Source: a virus. Taken from it: a stretch of 64,000 nucleotides of DNA. Shown here in pieces: positions 46,199 through 55,328 of this stretch; the first letter of the stretch is position 1, and each line of letters starts with the position of its first letter. The DNA is taken from IMG/VR virus record IMGVR_UViG_3300008085_000023, positions 77,906-141,905 of that record; one strand, given 5' to 3'. The notes below the pieces were generated by a model. The model ran no database searches, was not told where the DNA came from, and saw nothing but the letters and a program-made list of their open reading frames with translations. Position numbers and translations under genes: made by a program.

Positions 46199-47710
46199 TT
46201 ACGCTGTTTTCGAGTGTCGGCTAATCGCCTTTACATATCTTCCCATAACAGAATTTTCGTCACTATCGTCTGGCGTCTCTTCTTCTACAATAGTAGAACG
46301 AATAGTCACCTCTTTTGAAGGAGCCTTATCAGCATCTTCAGTAATTTCACTTTGCCCATTATTAAAGTAAGTTTCTTTGATGATGCCGACCTGCTCTGCA
46401 AAGCTAGTCTCATCTTCAAAATCAAATTTTGATGTCAACTTCGTTAGTCGCTCAATTTCAGTCTGGCACAAACCATCGGAAGCTTCAGCAATAACGGCAT
46501 TGCGCTTTGCTTGCTTCAATTCAGTAGTGGCTTCAATCAAAGCAGTTTGAGCTTCTTCGAGCTTCGTATTCACTGCTGCCGTTTGATTTAGCAAATCATT
46601 ATACATATCCAATTTGCCTTCAGGAATTTCAGCATAGTGATCTTCAAACACTGTCTTGAGCTGTGTCATGAAAGATTCTGCAACTTCAGTCTTAAGCTGA
46701 GCTTCAATTGAATCGCTATGGGTTTCAGCATACTGCTCAAGAGCATATGTAAGGTAGCCATCAAGCTTCTTAGCGATGCGGTTAATTTCCTCTTCAATCT
46801 TGTCAGCGATAATCAATTGTACCTCTTCGCGAAGAGTAGCAACTTCATCAATCATGCGAGCGCTTACAGCAGCTTCAAAAATAGTAGCAGCCTTAGACTT
46901 AAATTCTTCAGACAATGAATCATCACTTGCAACGAGCTCGTCAATTGATTCACCCGACTCAGATATTTTCACAGAATTAAGATGTGTATCAGCAGCAGCT
47001 TTGACCTTAGCAATAGCAGCTTCTTCCATGTCCTTCTTATCAGAATCTTCCTCGTCGTCCTTCTTATCAGAATCTTCCTCGTCGTCCTTCTTATCAGGAT
47101 CTTCCTCTTCAGATTTAGACTTCTTGGATTCTTCCATGTCCTCGTCGTCCTTCTTATCAGGATCTTCCTCGTCGTCCTTCTTATCAGGATCTTCCTCTTC
47201 AGATTTAGACTTAGACTTCTTGGCTTCTTCCATGTCCTTCTTATCAGGATCTTCCTCGTCGTCCTTTTTCGGAGCCTTTTCTTCAGCTTCCTTTTTAGCT
47301 TTCTTCACAGCTTCAGTTACAGCAATTTCCTCTTCAGTTTCCGCGGTATTTGTCTTCTTAAGATCTTTCATATCCTTTTCCTTATTGTCTGATTTCTCAA
47401 TGACCAGATAAACCTCGCCATTTGTATCTTCAACGCCTTCGATAGCATAAAAGAATACATCAATATCATCATATGCGTATACTGATGTTTCGCCATCATC
47501 GTTAAATTTAATTGCAACAGCATTATCATTTGCCTTCATGTCGCCGTTAGCCATGGCTTCCCTTGCTGCGCCAGAACTATCATACCGCATCAGCTGCGAT
47601 ACCTTTCCAGTATCAATAACGGTTGCTTCTGGTTTATGCTTAGCAGCATCAAGCACCTTATCGCCTGCTTTGATTTTTGCAAAGGCTTTTATTTTTTCTT
47701 GTAAATTCAT
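46199..47710 (-). CDS. gp22: Prohead core scaffold protein with long N-terminal extension
   Basis: LSEEFKSKAATIFEAAV, D.YL.Y, ESFM..LK.VF.DHY; TATAAATA at 47735-47742. Confidence 0.9.
   Translation of the reverse strand: MNLQEKIKAFAKIKAGDKVLDAAKHKPEATVIDTGKVSQLMRYDSSGAAREAMANGDMKANDNAVAIKFNDDGETSVYAYDDIDVFFYAIEGVEDTNGEVYLVIEKSDNKEKDMKDLKKTNTAETEEEIAVTEAVKKAKKEAEEKAPKKDDEEDPDKKDMEEAKKSKSKSEEEDPDKKDDEEDPDKKDDEDMEESKKSKSEEEDPDKKDDEEDSDKKDDEEDSDKKDMEEAAIAKVKAAADTHLNSVKISESGESIDELVASDDSLSEEFKSKAATIFEAAVSARMIDEVATLREEVQLIIADKIEEEINRIAKKLDGYLTYALEQYAETHSDSIEAQLKTEVAESFMTQLKTVFEDHYAEIPEGKLDMYNDLLNQTAAVNTKLEEAQTALIEATTELKQAKRNAVIAEASDGLCQTEIERLTKLTSKFDFEDETSFAEQVGIIKETYFNNGQSEITEDADKAPSKEVTIRSTIVEEETPDDSDENSVMGRYVKAISRHSKTA
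47020..47270. repeat. Coding tandem repeats (P/S)DKKD(D/M)EE(D) in gp22
   Basis: gtccttcttatcag(g/a)atcttcctc recurs six times. Confidence 0.85.
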
Positions 47711-47745
47711 TGAGACTTTCTGTTAAGCTATTCTTATTTATACTT

Positions 47746-48399
47746 TTATTTAGTTTGAAGCATGCGCATAAATCGATTCCACGATTCAACTTGAGCTTCA
47801 GCTAGTTGTGCAGATGGTGTTTTGTGAATGCGCTTTCTAACGTCGTCAGCAAATTGTTCAAATGTGCCATCATCGTTCTTTACCCACTCAACACCTTCCA
47901 TGATACCATTCACAAAAGCCTGAGGAGCAGATGGATTCTGAACAATATCAACAGTGCTTAGAATATATCCTTCGCTAACGTATGAAACACCGCTCTTTTC
48001 CTTAACCGATCCCATACCACGACTAGATACGGCTAATTGCACTCCTCCGTCTAATAAACCTTTAACAATTTGGCCCATAGGAGTATTCAATACTTCGGCG
48101 CGCCCAACAACATTATTGCCTTCAAAGACGAGTGACGTGATTTTGTGAGATACCTTGTCTAGATTGACTGAGGGACCCTCTGGATGATTTAGTTCTCCGA
48201 CAGCACGGTTTGTATTAACCTGTTCCCGTACGTACACTTCTACAGCCGATTCAAGAACATTCTTAGGGTATACACGCCGATTACGGTTAACCTCTTCAGC
48301 CTGCATAAAAACACCTTGAAGTACCGAAGCCTTTGAACCATCCTTCTTTGCTTCACTCAGATATTCTAGATCGTCAACATATTCGGTAATTAACTTCAT
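47746..48399 (-). CDS. gp21: Prohead protease
   Basis: GVFMQAE..NRN.R.YP, GELNHP, VSSRGMGS, DIV..PSAP.AFV.GIME. Confidence 0.96.
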   Translation of the reverse strand: MKLITEYVDDLEYLSEAKKDGSKASVLQGVFMQAEEVNRNRRVYPKNVLESAVEVYVREQVNTNRAVGELNHPEGPSVNLDKVSHKITSLVFEGNNVVGRAEVLNTPMGQIVKGLLDGGVQLAVSSRGMGSVKEKSGVSYVSEGYILSTVDIVQNPSAPQAFVNGIMEGVEWVKNDDGTFEQFADDVRKRIHKTPSAQLAEAQVESWNRFMRMLQTK

Positions 48400-48566
48400 T
48401 ACTTTACAGCCTCTTCTTGGTTTAGCATTTTCCGCGCGACAGCTACTCGACGATTGTCTTTAATAGCTGTCATGCGTTGATCCGCCATCTTATGGAATAT
48501 CACATTTGCGTGTTGGGTATTATCTTTGAGTACGAAATCAATCATACCTCTCATTGGTGTTGTCAT
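48399..48566 (-). CDS. Small prohead core protein (gp67-like; not in ORF track)
   Basis: 55-aa ORF MTTPMRGMIDFVLKD... filling the gp20-gp21 gap. Confidence 0.65.
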   Translation of the reverse strand: MTTPMRGMIDFVLKDNTQHANVIFHKMADQRMTAIKDNRRVAVARKMLNQEEAVK

Positions 48567-48568
48567 AA

Positions 48569-50146
48569 TTACCATCCTTTATCTCCGGCATCATCGCCGT
48601 CTGTTGGTGCTGCCGCAGCTTCTTTTTTCATTTGAGCTTTACGCTCTTTAATTTCGTCATCAGTTAGGAATAGCACATTCTTAAAAACCCACTCCTCTGA
48701 GAAGTATTTGCCAACGTAGTCCTGTATATCTCTAAGGATTGTAAGCTTATCCTGAAGAACTTCAAACTCTTTAGCCTGATAGAAATGATTGTCCTGAATA
48801 AAATCTATAATCAGATGTTGCTCAAATTTCTTCCATTCAGTCTCTGTCATTATCGATTTCAATCGAACTTGCTGCTTGAGCATATTAATAAAGAGGAATG
48901 CGAATTTGCTACGTAGACGATTAATAAACTTTTGGAATTTCACTTCATCGCGGGTAATCTCAGTTGCTCTACCAGATCCACCATTAAATCCAGCATCAGG
49001 ATCCAGACGTGTTTGAGGAACATTTAGTGAACGATATAAATTATTCTTAAAGTAAATAATATCGTCAATGGAACCGAGGTTATCTCCACCCGGAAGTGTA
49101 CTAATCTCTGTACTATTACTACCTTCACGACGAGGAATCCAGAAATCCTCAAGCATACTCATATGACGACGGCTGTCTTTAATTTCACCAGTCTGAACAT
49201 CATACGTAATTTTATTACGATACTTCGACATAATCTGCCGGAAGTATTCTTCTGCTTTACCACGAGGTAGGTTGCCTGTATCAACATAAAAAATTCTGCG
49301 TTCAGGTGCACGTGCGATTCTATAGATAACTAGTGAATCTTCCATTGTACGCAATTGGTTAACAACCTTCAATGCCTTATGCAAATGCGAAAGACGTAAT
49401 CGGCGTTTAGAATCAAGTATACCACTATTGACTTCAATGATTGCGTCCTTCGCAATCTTAACGCCAGTGGCTGTAACAGCTGTTGTATTGATAAGATCTG
49501 TGTTTTGATACATGAAAAACTCTTCAACGGTCTCAGATATCTTTACACCGGTTCGCTTATCAAATGATTCTTTTACTTCCTTAACACGCTTTAATCGTGT
49601 AGGATCAATAAGTCGTGCTTCAAAAATGCCATCGCCCGGTTTGTCGCGATCAACAACGATATGATAATATAGTCTTCCATCGATATACCACCTACGGAAA
49701 ATATCATATCCAGATTTTGCAAAATCTAAAAGTGAAAGGACTTTATCGAATTCATCGTATACCTTCTCAATGATGGCCGCGCTGAATCCACTTTCGGCTG
49801 TTGCAATAATAAGCTTAACAGGTGGGCCCATTTCGGGAGATGCGATAGCTTCGTTTACAATATCAGAAATAGCAGCATCCACTTCAGCATGTTGCGCTGC
49901 GCCTCGATACTTGTAAATAAGATCAACTTCTGACTGAGCTGTACTATCAATTCCGCCTATATCATAGTAATGTCCAATATGACCTCCGGCGCCAACCGTA
50001 GTCACATCGCTTTCCTCCTCATCCTTTGGGACAGGAGAAATCAATTCGCGTTCTGGTTCCTTGTTCGCATCTTTTTGCTTTGAGAACCATTGGGCAATTT
50101 CACTGCCAAACGCCATAAATCCGGATTTTTCTTTTTCTGTTGCCAT
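48569..50146 (-). CDS. gp20: Portal protein
   Basis: FRRWYIDGR, NQLR.MEDSLVIYRIARAPERRIFYVD.GNLP, EDFW.PRREG; TATAAATA at 50152-50159. Confidence 0.98.
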   Translation of the reverse strand: MATEKEKSGFMAFGSEIAQWFSKQKDANKEPERELISPVPKDEEESDVTTVGAGGHIGHYYDIGGIDSTAQSEVDLIYKYRGAAQHAEVDAAISDIVNEAIASPEMGPPVKLIIATAESGFSAAIIEKVYDEFDKVLSLLDFAKSGYDIFRRWYIDGRLYYHIVVDRDKPGDGIFEARLIDPTRLKRVKEVKESFDKRTGVKISETVEEFFMYQNTDLINTTAVTATGVKIAKDAIIEVNSGILDSKRRLRLSHLHKALKVVNQLRTMEDSLVIYRIARAPERRIFYVDTGNLPRGKAEEYFRQIMSKYRNKITYDVQTGEIKDSRRHMSMLEDFWIPRREGSNSTEISTLPGGDNLGSIDDIIYFKNNLYRSLNVPQTRLDPDAGFNGGSGRATEITRDEVKFQKFINRLRSKFAFLFINMLKQQVRLKSIMTETEWKKFEQHLIIDFIQDNHFYQAKEFEVLQDKLTILRDIQDYVGKYFSEEWVFKNVLFLTDDEIKERKAQMKKEAAAAPTDGDDAGDKGW

Positions 50147-50166
50147 ATTGTTATTTATATCGAAGA

Positions 50167-50200
50167 AAAGAAAGCCCTAGAGTGTTCTAGGGCTTTCTTT
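50167..50200 (-). terminator. Terminator after gp19
   Basis: 15-bp stem aaagaaagccctaga/tctagggctttcttt. Confidence 0.85.
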
Positions 50201-50213
50201 AATAATCGTGTTA

Positions 50214-50741
50214 TTAGCTAGTTGTATCGGATGTCCAATACTGATACGCGAACTCAACAGTGAATTCTTCAATCGTATCATTATTGTCATACGCCACATC
50301 AACACCAGAAATATTAATTGGGAAAGCCCCTTCAATAGTATAGGTCTTGATGATCGCGTTCGTACGATCAAGCTGGTTAACAATGATCTGTGCCTGATAA
50401 GCAGTAGGACTTAGATCCGACTGCAAACCTGAAGCATGCGCGTTGATAGCGTTTAGCCAAGTCTCAAATCCATTACGGATCTGGAACTCTTGGTCGTTAT
50501 ACAACGTTGCTGTCCAGTTTTCGAATGTACGATCGCCCGCCACGCGCAGTTGACGTCCACGGAAAGGTACATCAATCTGTCCAATCACTGAAGATGGAAG
50601 CGATGCAGCTTTGCACATGAATGTCGTCAATTCGCTAGGAATCGACGCCACAGATGGTGAGTTAATGATGCAGGAATACAGGTTGCCCCGTACTCCGCCA
50701 CCAGTTAGTTTGGCCTTGAAATCGTCTATTGCTAAAGACAT
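50214..50741 (-). CDS. gp19: Tail tube protein
   Basis: FRGRQL.VAGDRTFE.W, IEEFTVEF.YQYW. Confidence 0.95.
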   Translation of the reverse strand: MSLAIDDFKAKLTGGGVRGNLYSCIINSPSVASIPSELTTFMCKAASLPSSVIGQIDVPFRGRQLRVAGDRTFENWTATLYNDQEFQIRNGFETWLNAINAHASGLQSDLSPTAYQAQIIVNQLDRTNAIIKTYTIEGAFPINISGVDVAYDNNDTIEEFTVEFAYQYWTSDTTS

Positions 50742-50760
50742 TTTCTATTTCTCCTTTTGG

Positions 50761-52812
50761 TTAAAACTTACCAATAACTTCGCTGAACTCTACACCAGTA
50801 CGTGTTGCCACGAAGTTCAAGGTGATGAAGTTAATAGCGCGAGCTGGCTTGATATAGATATCCGCGATGAAGCGGTTCGAGTCAATTACTTCGCCAGTAT
50901 TGTTTGATCCGTCGCAAACAACAATGAAGTCAGTAATACCACGGCGGCCTTGAATATCACGAAGATAGGGGGCTACCATATTAACGAACTGAGCACGTGT
51001 GAATTCATCGTTGAACTCAAAGAGCTGATACTTCGCTGCAGTGGCAATTGCTTTTTCCAAAGTGATGAACAAACGGCGTACGTTGATTCGATCAAATGCA
51101 GATGGTTTAGCCTGTGCGGTCTTATCACCGTAAAGCATGATACCTTCACCTGGGAACGAAACAATTGGGTTGATGCGTGCTTTGTAAAGAGCATCGCGGT
51201 GAGCTTGCTGAGGATTGTAAGCAATCTTCGCAACACCCAACAACTGGCCGCGGTCGTAACCAGCCGGTGACCACCAGGGATCACGAACATCGTCTGTCCG
51301 AGCGCAGAGGCCTGCCATTGATCCACTACCAGGAACCCAGTAGTACTTGTCTTGGTACTTACTGTAAATATATAGAGGTGTTGAATCAAACACTACATAG
51401 TTACTTGAAGCCAAGCGATCAAACTTGCTAATGATATCATCCAACATCGCGTCATCATTTGAAAGTGATGCCACTTTGAGATCAGGTGAGATAAACACAA
51501 CACAATCTTTCCGACCTTCTGCAAGGCGGATCAAACGGTTGGCAATCGTGATCTGGTCAGCATCATCGTTCTCAGCGAACAACAGATTGACATCCAATGT
51601 TTCAGCATCTGCGAAAAGTTCCAGTGCATCATAAACGTTACCGGCATCGTTGGTGCCGTTATTACCCAATGTGAGCGAGCCGATCCAGATTGATCCTATT
51701 AGATCAGTACCAGCCGAAATCGTCAAACCAGATAGATCAGCATTATCTGCACCAGTAACAATCTCACCAGCAACTGAATTGGCGATGATGTAGTTCGATC
51801 CGTTATTGATAACGTCGCGATAATACATGCTTCCACCTTCAGAATAGGTCGCACCAGGAATTACTGAGAGATTTTCCCAGCGTTCAAGGATTGTCCCAGG
51901 CGTTCCAGAGAATGAACCATCTTCGTCAATAACCAAAACGTGGATTTCGTCGTTAGCCACACCACGAAGTTCAGCCCATGCTGAAGTTCCTGGAGAACGT
52001 TCAAATGTGCTTTCAAAGTTCGCAGCTTGAGGCGGAACATATCCGAAACCATTATTAACCGTTGGGCAAAGAACCTCATCAGTCAAAGCGACCGTAAAGT
52101 TAGCGGCAGGATTGTAAGGTACACTATCCACTTCATCATTAGCACCCTCAGATGTTTCTGGGATAGATGGTGAGCTGAGTAGAAGATACTGACCTGGAGT
52201 TGCTGTTGCTTCAATATAGAATGAAGCAGCGCTATTTAGGATTTCGTTAACCCAGTCCAAAGATGAACGCACTTGACGTATAGCGATCTCAGAGTTATCT
52301 GCGATTGCATCACCTTCAATATCAAGAAGAACGGTTTCATCGCCTTCTGTCCCACCAATATAAATCTTGGTGATGTTATGGCGCGTATCAGATGTTGCAG
52401 AAAGAACCTGAACCTGAAGACTATTACCATATACACCAGGATAGCGAGCATAGAAATGATCGTTTAAATTAGCTGGTAGAAAATCCTTTTCAAAGTTTTC
52501 GATATTCTTAAAAAGATGTTCGTCGGTACCGTCGGTTGCGTTAACCGCATCTACACCAATCGCACGAGATACCAATAAGGTATTACCGTAACGTAGGAAT
52601 GTGGATGCTGTCAAGAACGAGACGATGTTTTCTACTGATGGTGTGCCAAAGTAGTTAGCCATTTGTCCTTCATCTGAAAGATTGACTAAATCGCCAACCG
52701 GACCCCAATCGAAATGACCGGCGTAACCACCAATTGACGTTGATACGGCTGGAACGATACCAGTCAAATCAATTTCGTTTACTTCAACACCAGGCGATAC
52801 TAAAAATGCCAT
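50761..52812 (-). CDS. gp18: Tail sheath protein
   Basis: SPGV.V.E.DLT, PWWSPAG..RG, SAFDRINVRRLF, IKPAR.INFI.LNF. Confidence 0.97.
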   Translation of the reverse strand: MAFLVSPGVEVNEIDLTGIVPAVSTSIGGYAGHFDWGPVGDLVNLSDEGQMANYFGTPSVENIVSFLTASTFLRYGNTLLVSRAIGVDAVNATDGTDEHLFKNIENFEKDFLPANLNDHFYARYPGVYGNSLQVQVLSATSDTRHNITKIYIGGTEGDETVLLDIEGDAIADNSEIAIRQVRSSLDWVNEILNSAASFYIEATATPGQYLLLSSPSIPETSEGANDEVDSVPYNPAANFTVALTDEVLCPTVNNGFGYVPPQAANFESTFERSPGTSAWAELRGVANDEIHVLVIDEDGSFSGTPGTILERWENLSVIPGATYSEGGSMYYRDVINNGSNYIIANSVAGEIVTGADNADLSGLTISAGTDLIGSIWIGSLTLGNNGTNDAGNVYDALELFADAETLDVNLLFAENDDADQITIANRLIRLAEGRKDCVVFISPDLKVASLSNDDAMLDDIISKFDRLASSNYVVFDSTPLYIYSKYQDKYYWVPGSGSMAGLCARTDDVRDPWWSPAGYDRGQLLGVAKIAYNPQQAHRDALYKARINPIVSFPGEGIMLYGDKTAQAKPSAFDRINVRRLFITLEKAIATAAKYQLFEFNDEFTRAQFVNMVAPYLRDIQGRRGITDFIVVCDGSNNTGEVIDSNRFIADIYIKPARAINFITLNFVATRTGVEFSEVIGKF

Positions 52813-52898
52813 TGTGTTTTCCTTTTGCTATGTTGTTAATTATAAGTTTCATGATAAGTAAATCGCTTTTTTATTCAATACAAATCTATTTATTAAAG

Positions 52899-54011
52899 TT
52901 AGATCTTTGACCACTCTTCCATCTCATCCCGAAGCTGTGTATATTCCTCTGGCAACGCATCCGAAATCAGATTTGTTTCGAATCCAAAATCCATGAGTTC
53001 GTCTTCCATTTCCTTCAAACGACCTGCAAATAGAAGCTGTTGAATATCTGTGGCATCATAATTTTCGTACTGTGTCGTCGACAGAAACCATGCGAACATT
53101 ACTAATGACATTACCAAATCATCAAGCTTACCATCACGAGCTTCATAGGATGCGCCCCGTTCTTCAAAGTAACTCAATTCCATAATAGTTTTGGCATCTT
53201 GCAAATGCAGTTTTTCTTCTTCAACCAAATCCTTCAGTGTTGATACACCAATACGCTTTGTTCGTTTTGTCTGCGTAACACCAATACCACCCACTTTAAT
53301 CGATGATTCAATGTAGGTATTTCCATATTCATAATCATAGTATACCGAATTGCATACAACTTGGCCGGGTCCATTGTTTTCAATTAGGACTAACGCTTCG
53401 TTATATTGCGTACATACTTTAACGATTACGTCTGGTAGAATGAGAGGCGATATTGTATTACTACTGTATGCAACAACTTGTTTAAATGGTCTCGCCGTTA
53501 CATCGAAAATATTGAATGCAGAATCGTCTCTTCCGCGCCCTTGCGATACATCAACCGTTGCAATATAAACATGTCCTGGGACGGGCCGTTCATAGATACG
53601 TAAGGCATTATCGTATATTGTCTTTAGAGGTTCTGATGCTTTTAACATTAGCAAAGTACCTGCATCGATTAATGTTGATCCAGTACCAATAAACGAGTTA
53701 TGAGATATAGCTCCATTGTCATGACAATACAGAGAATCAACGCCGACATTTATCGGATCATACATGGCATGAGTTTCATTTAGAAACTTTATGTCTTCAA
53801 CTTGATGACAACCGATCATATCGCCAATGGCAAGATCTTTTGCAAACTTCACCTGCCCATCAACAATATAGCGATGCTTTAAAGCTGACTTTCGCGCAAG
53901 GCCTTTGCTAGTGGTGATCTGAACGCATTCATCGTGTGTATAACGTTTAATACCTTTAAACGGTTGAAATCCAGTAGGTGTTAAGATTGATAAATTGCTG
54001 GAAGAGGACAT
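52899..54011 (-). CDS. gp17: Terminase large subunit part 3: IntC2 (105 aa) plus nuclease domain (265 aa)
   Basis: ILTPTGF...KH...YDPINV...ISHN|SFIG; DVSQGRGRD.S, IENN, DDLVM. Confidence 0.9.
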   Translation of the reverse strand: MSSSSNLSILTPTGFQPFKGIKRYTHDECVQITTSKGLARKSALKHRYIVDGQVKFAKDLAIGDMIGCHQVEDIKFLNETHAMYDPINVGVDSLYCHDNGAISHNSFIGTGSTLIDAGTLLMLKASEPLKTIYDNALRIYERPVPGHVYIATVDVSQGRGRDDSAFNIFDVTARPFKQVVAYSSNTISPLILPDVIVKVCTQYNEALVLIENNGPGQVVCNSVYYDYEYGNTYIESSIKVGGIGVTQTKRTKRIGVSTLKDLVEEEKLHLQDAKTIMELSYFEERGASYEARDGKLDDLVMSLVMFAWFLSTTQYENYDATDIQQLLFAGRLKEMEDELMDFGFETNLISDALPEEYTQLRDEMEEWSKI

Positions 54012-54697
54012 GCGCGTGATTTTCCTTTTAATATGTTCATAATAGTTGTTTTACTGACATTCCACATTTGAGCTGTTTGCTTAGCATAAAGACTAATGGC
54101 TGTCGGCATCCGCCACCTGTATTTGCGATACTGTTCAATTAAACCCTCAAGCGTAGTTTCTAATGCGAGTCTATTTATTTCAAAATCGCGCTTTATTTCT
54201 TCAACCTGCTCATCTGATAATTTTGGTTTGCGGAGTCTTTTTCCTTTACGAATATTAGACATATGCTGTTTATACTCTTCTCCGCCCCGCGACCAACCGA
54301 GTTTAGATCTTTTGCTTCTTAGCTCAAATCCCTCTCTTATAGCTCTAGCTTTAGCAGAGTGTTTCATCTTTCTTTTCGACTCGTCTGAATATGTATATCC
54401 TTTTCTGCCTAGTGTTTTGTTTAAACCATCGTTGTAAGTATTGAACTTCTCAACGCACACTGCTTTATGAATTTCAGCTTCTGCTCTAGACAAAAACGAA
54501 TTAAGAATAAAAATTGAAAATCCACCTTTAAACCGCAGAGATCTTGAATGATCATACATTCGTTTATAAAAGCGCTTCTGCAGAGTAATTCCGACGTACT
54601 GCTGTGAGTCGGATGTCCTCGTTAAGAGATAAACCACATGTTCCTTTTCTTTGGAGACAATTGTGCAAATCACCGATTTTGATTGTGTAAACTTCAT
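53981..54697 (-). mobile_element. GIY-YIG homing endonuclease between the halves of intein 2 (start uncertain)
   Basis: VYLL...YVGIT...R...H; C-terminal HTH-like segment; TATAAATA at 54704-54711. Confidence 0.8.
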
Positions 54698-55328
54698 TAG
54701 CATTATTTATAAGAATGTCAATTTCGGAATTACTTTCTAGGCAATTACCATATTCTTGTTCAAACTGCAACTTGCTCGTATTAGCAATAGTTTGTTTCTT
54801 CCACTTCTCACTGCGGCCCGGCACATCCCACCAATCAACTCTGAATGGCTTAAAATCGTTAGAACCCTGAACAGCGCCTTCCCATATTTTGTAAAACGGA
54901 TTACCGATACCATTAGCAGTTGATGTTACAATAACCTTTGTTGTCTTACCAGATGAAATTACAGGATACGTGGATGTATAGAACTCCTCGGCACGTTGCA
55001 CGAATGCAAATTCATCAAGGAATACGATATTACAATTATGCGACGTGACTCCGTTTGTAAGATAGTGATTGCCATTTTCAACATCAAGTAAATCGTACAC
55101 TACTTCATTTGCGATTTCAGATATATCAGTAATTTCCCTATGATCAATAAAATCTCCCACTTCTAAAAAGATAGCAGCAACGAATTCGTCTTCTACTAGT
55201 AATAAATGATCATGCGTGCATTTAAACGTAGTATCATCGTCAAATACAATCTCGAGTAAACATCTAGATAATCCTTGATCTTTAATTGAGTCGAAGTTCT
55301 GAAACCCGTTTTTTGTTAAGACTTGCAT
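54564..55328 (-). CDS. gp17: Terminase large subunit part 2: IntC1 (98 aa), Walker-B extein (97 aa), IntN2
   Basis: GGAG RBS before MQVLTKNGF; CTHDH; VYDL...SHN|CNIVFLDEFAF...STANG...EQEYGN|CLESNS. Confidence 0.9.
   Translation of the reverse strand: MQVLTKNGFQNFDSIKDQGLSRCLLEIVFDDDTTFKCTHDHLLLVEDEFVAAIFLEVGDFIDHREITDISEIANEVVYDLLDVENGNHYLTNGVTSHNCNIVFLDEFAFVQRAEEFYTSTYPVISSGKTTKVIVTSTANGIGNPFYKIWEGAVQGSNDFKPFRVDWWDVPGRSEKWKKQTIANTSKLQFEQEYGNCLESNSEIDILINNANEVYTIKIGDLHNCLQRKGTCGLSLNEDIRLTAVRRNYSAEALL

Noticed and set aside
47020-47270. CRISPR array (also considered at 436-545 and 28708-28745)
   Set aside because: In-frame coding repeats or a simple tandem duplication with no unique spacers; no cas genes.
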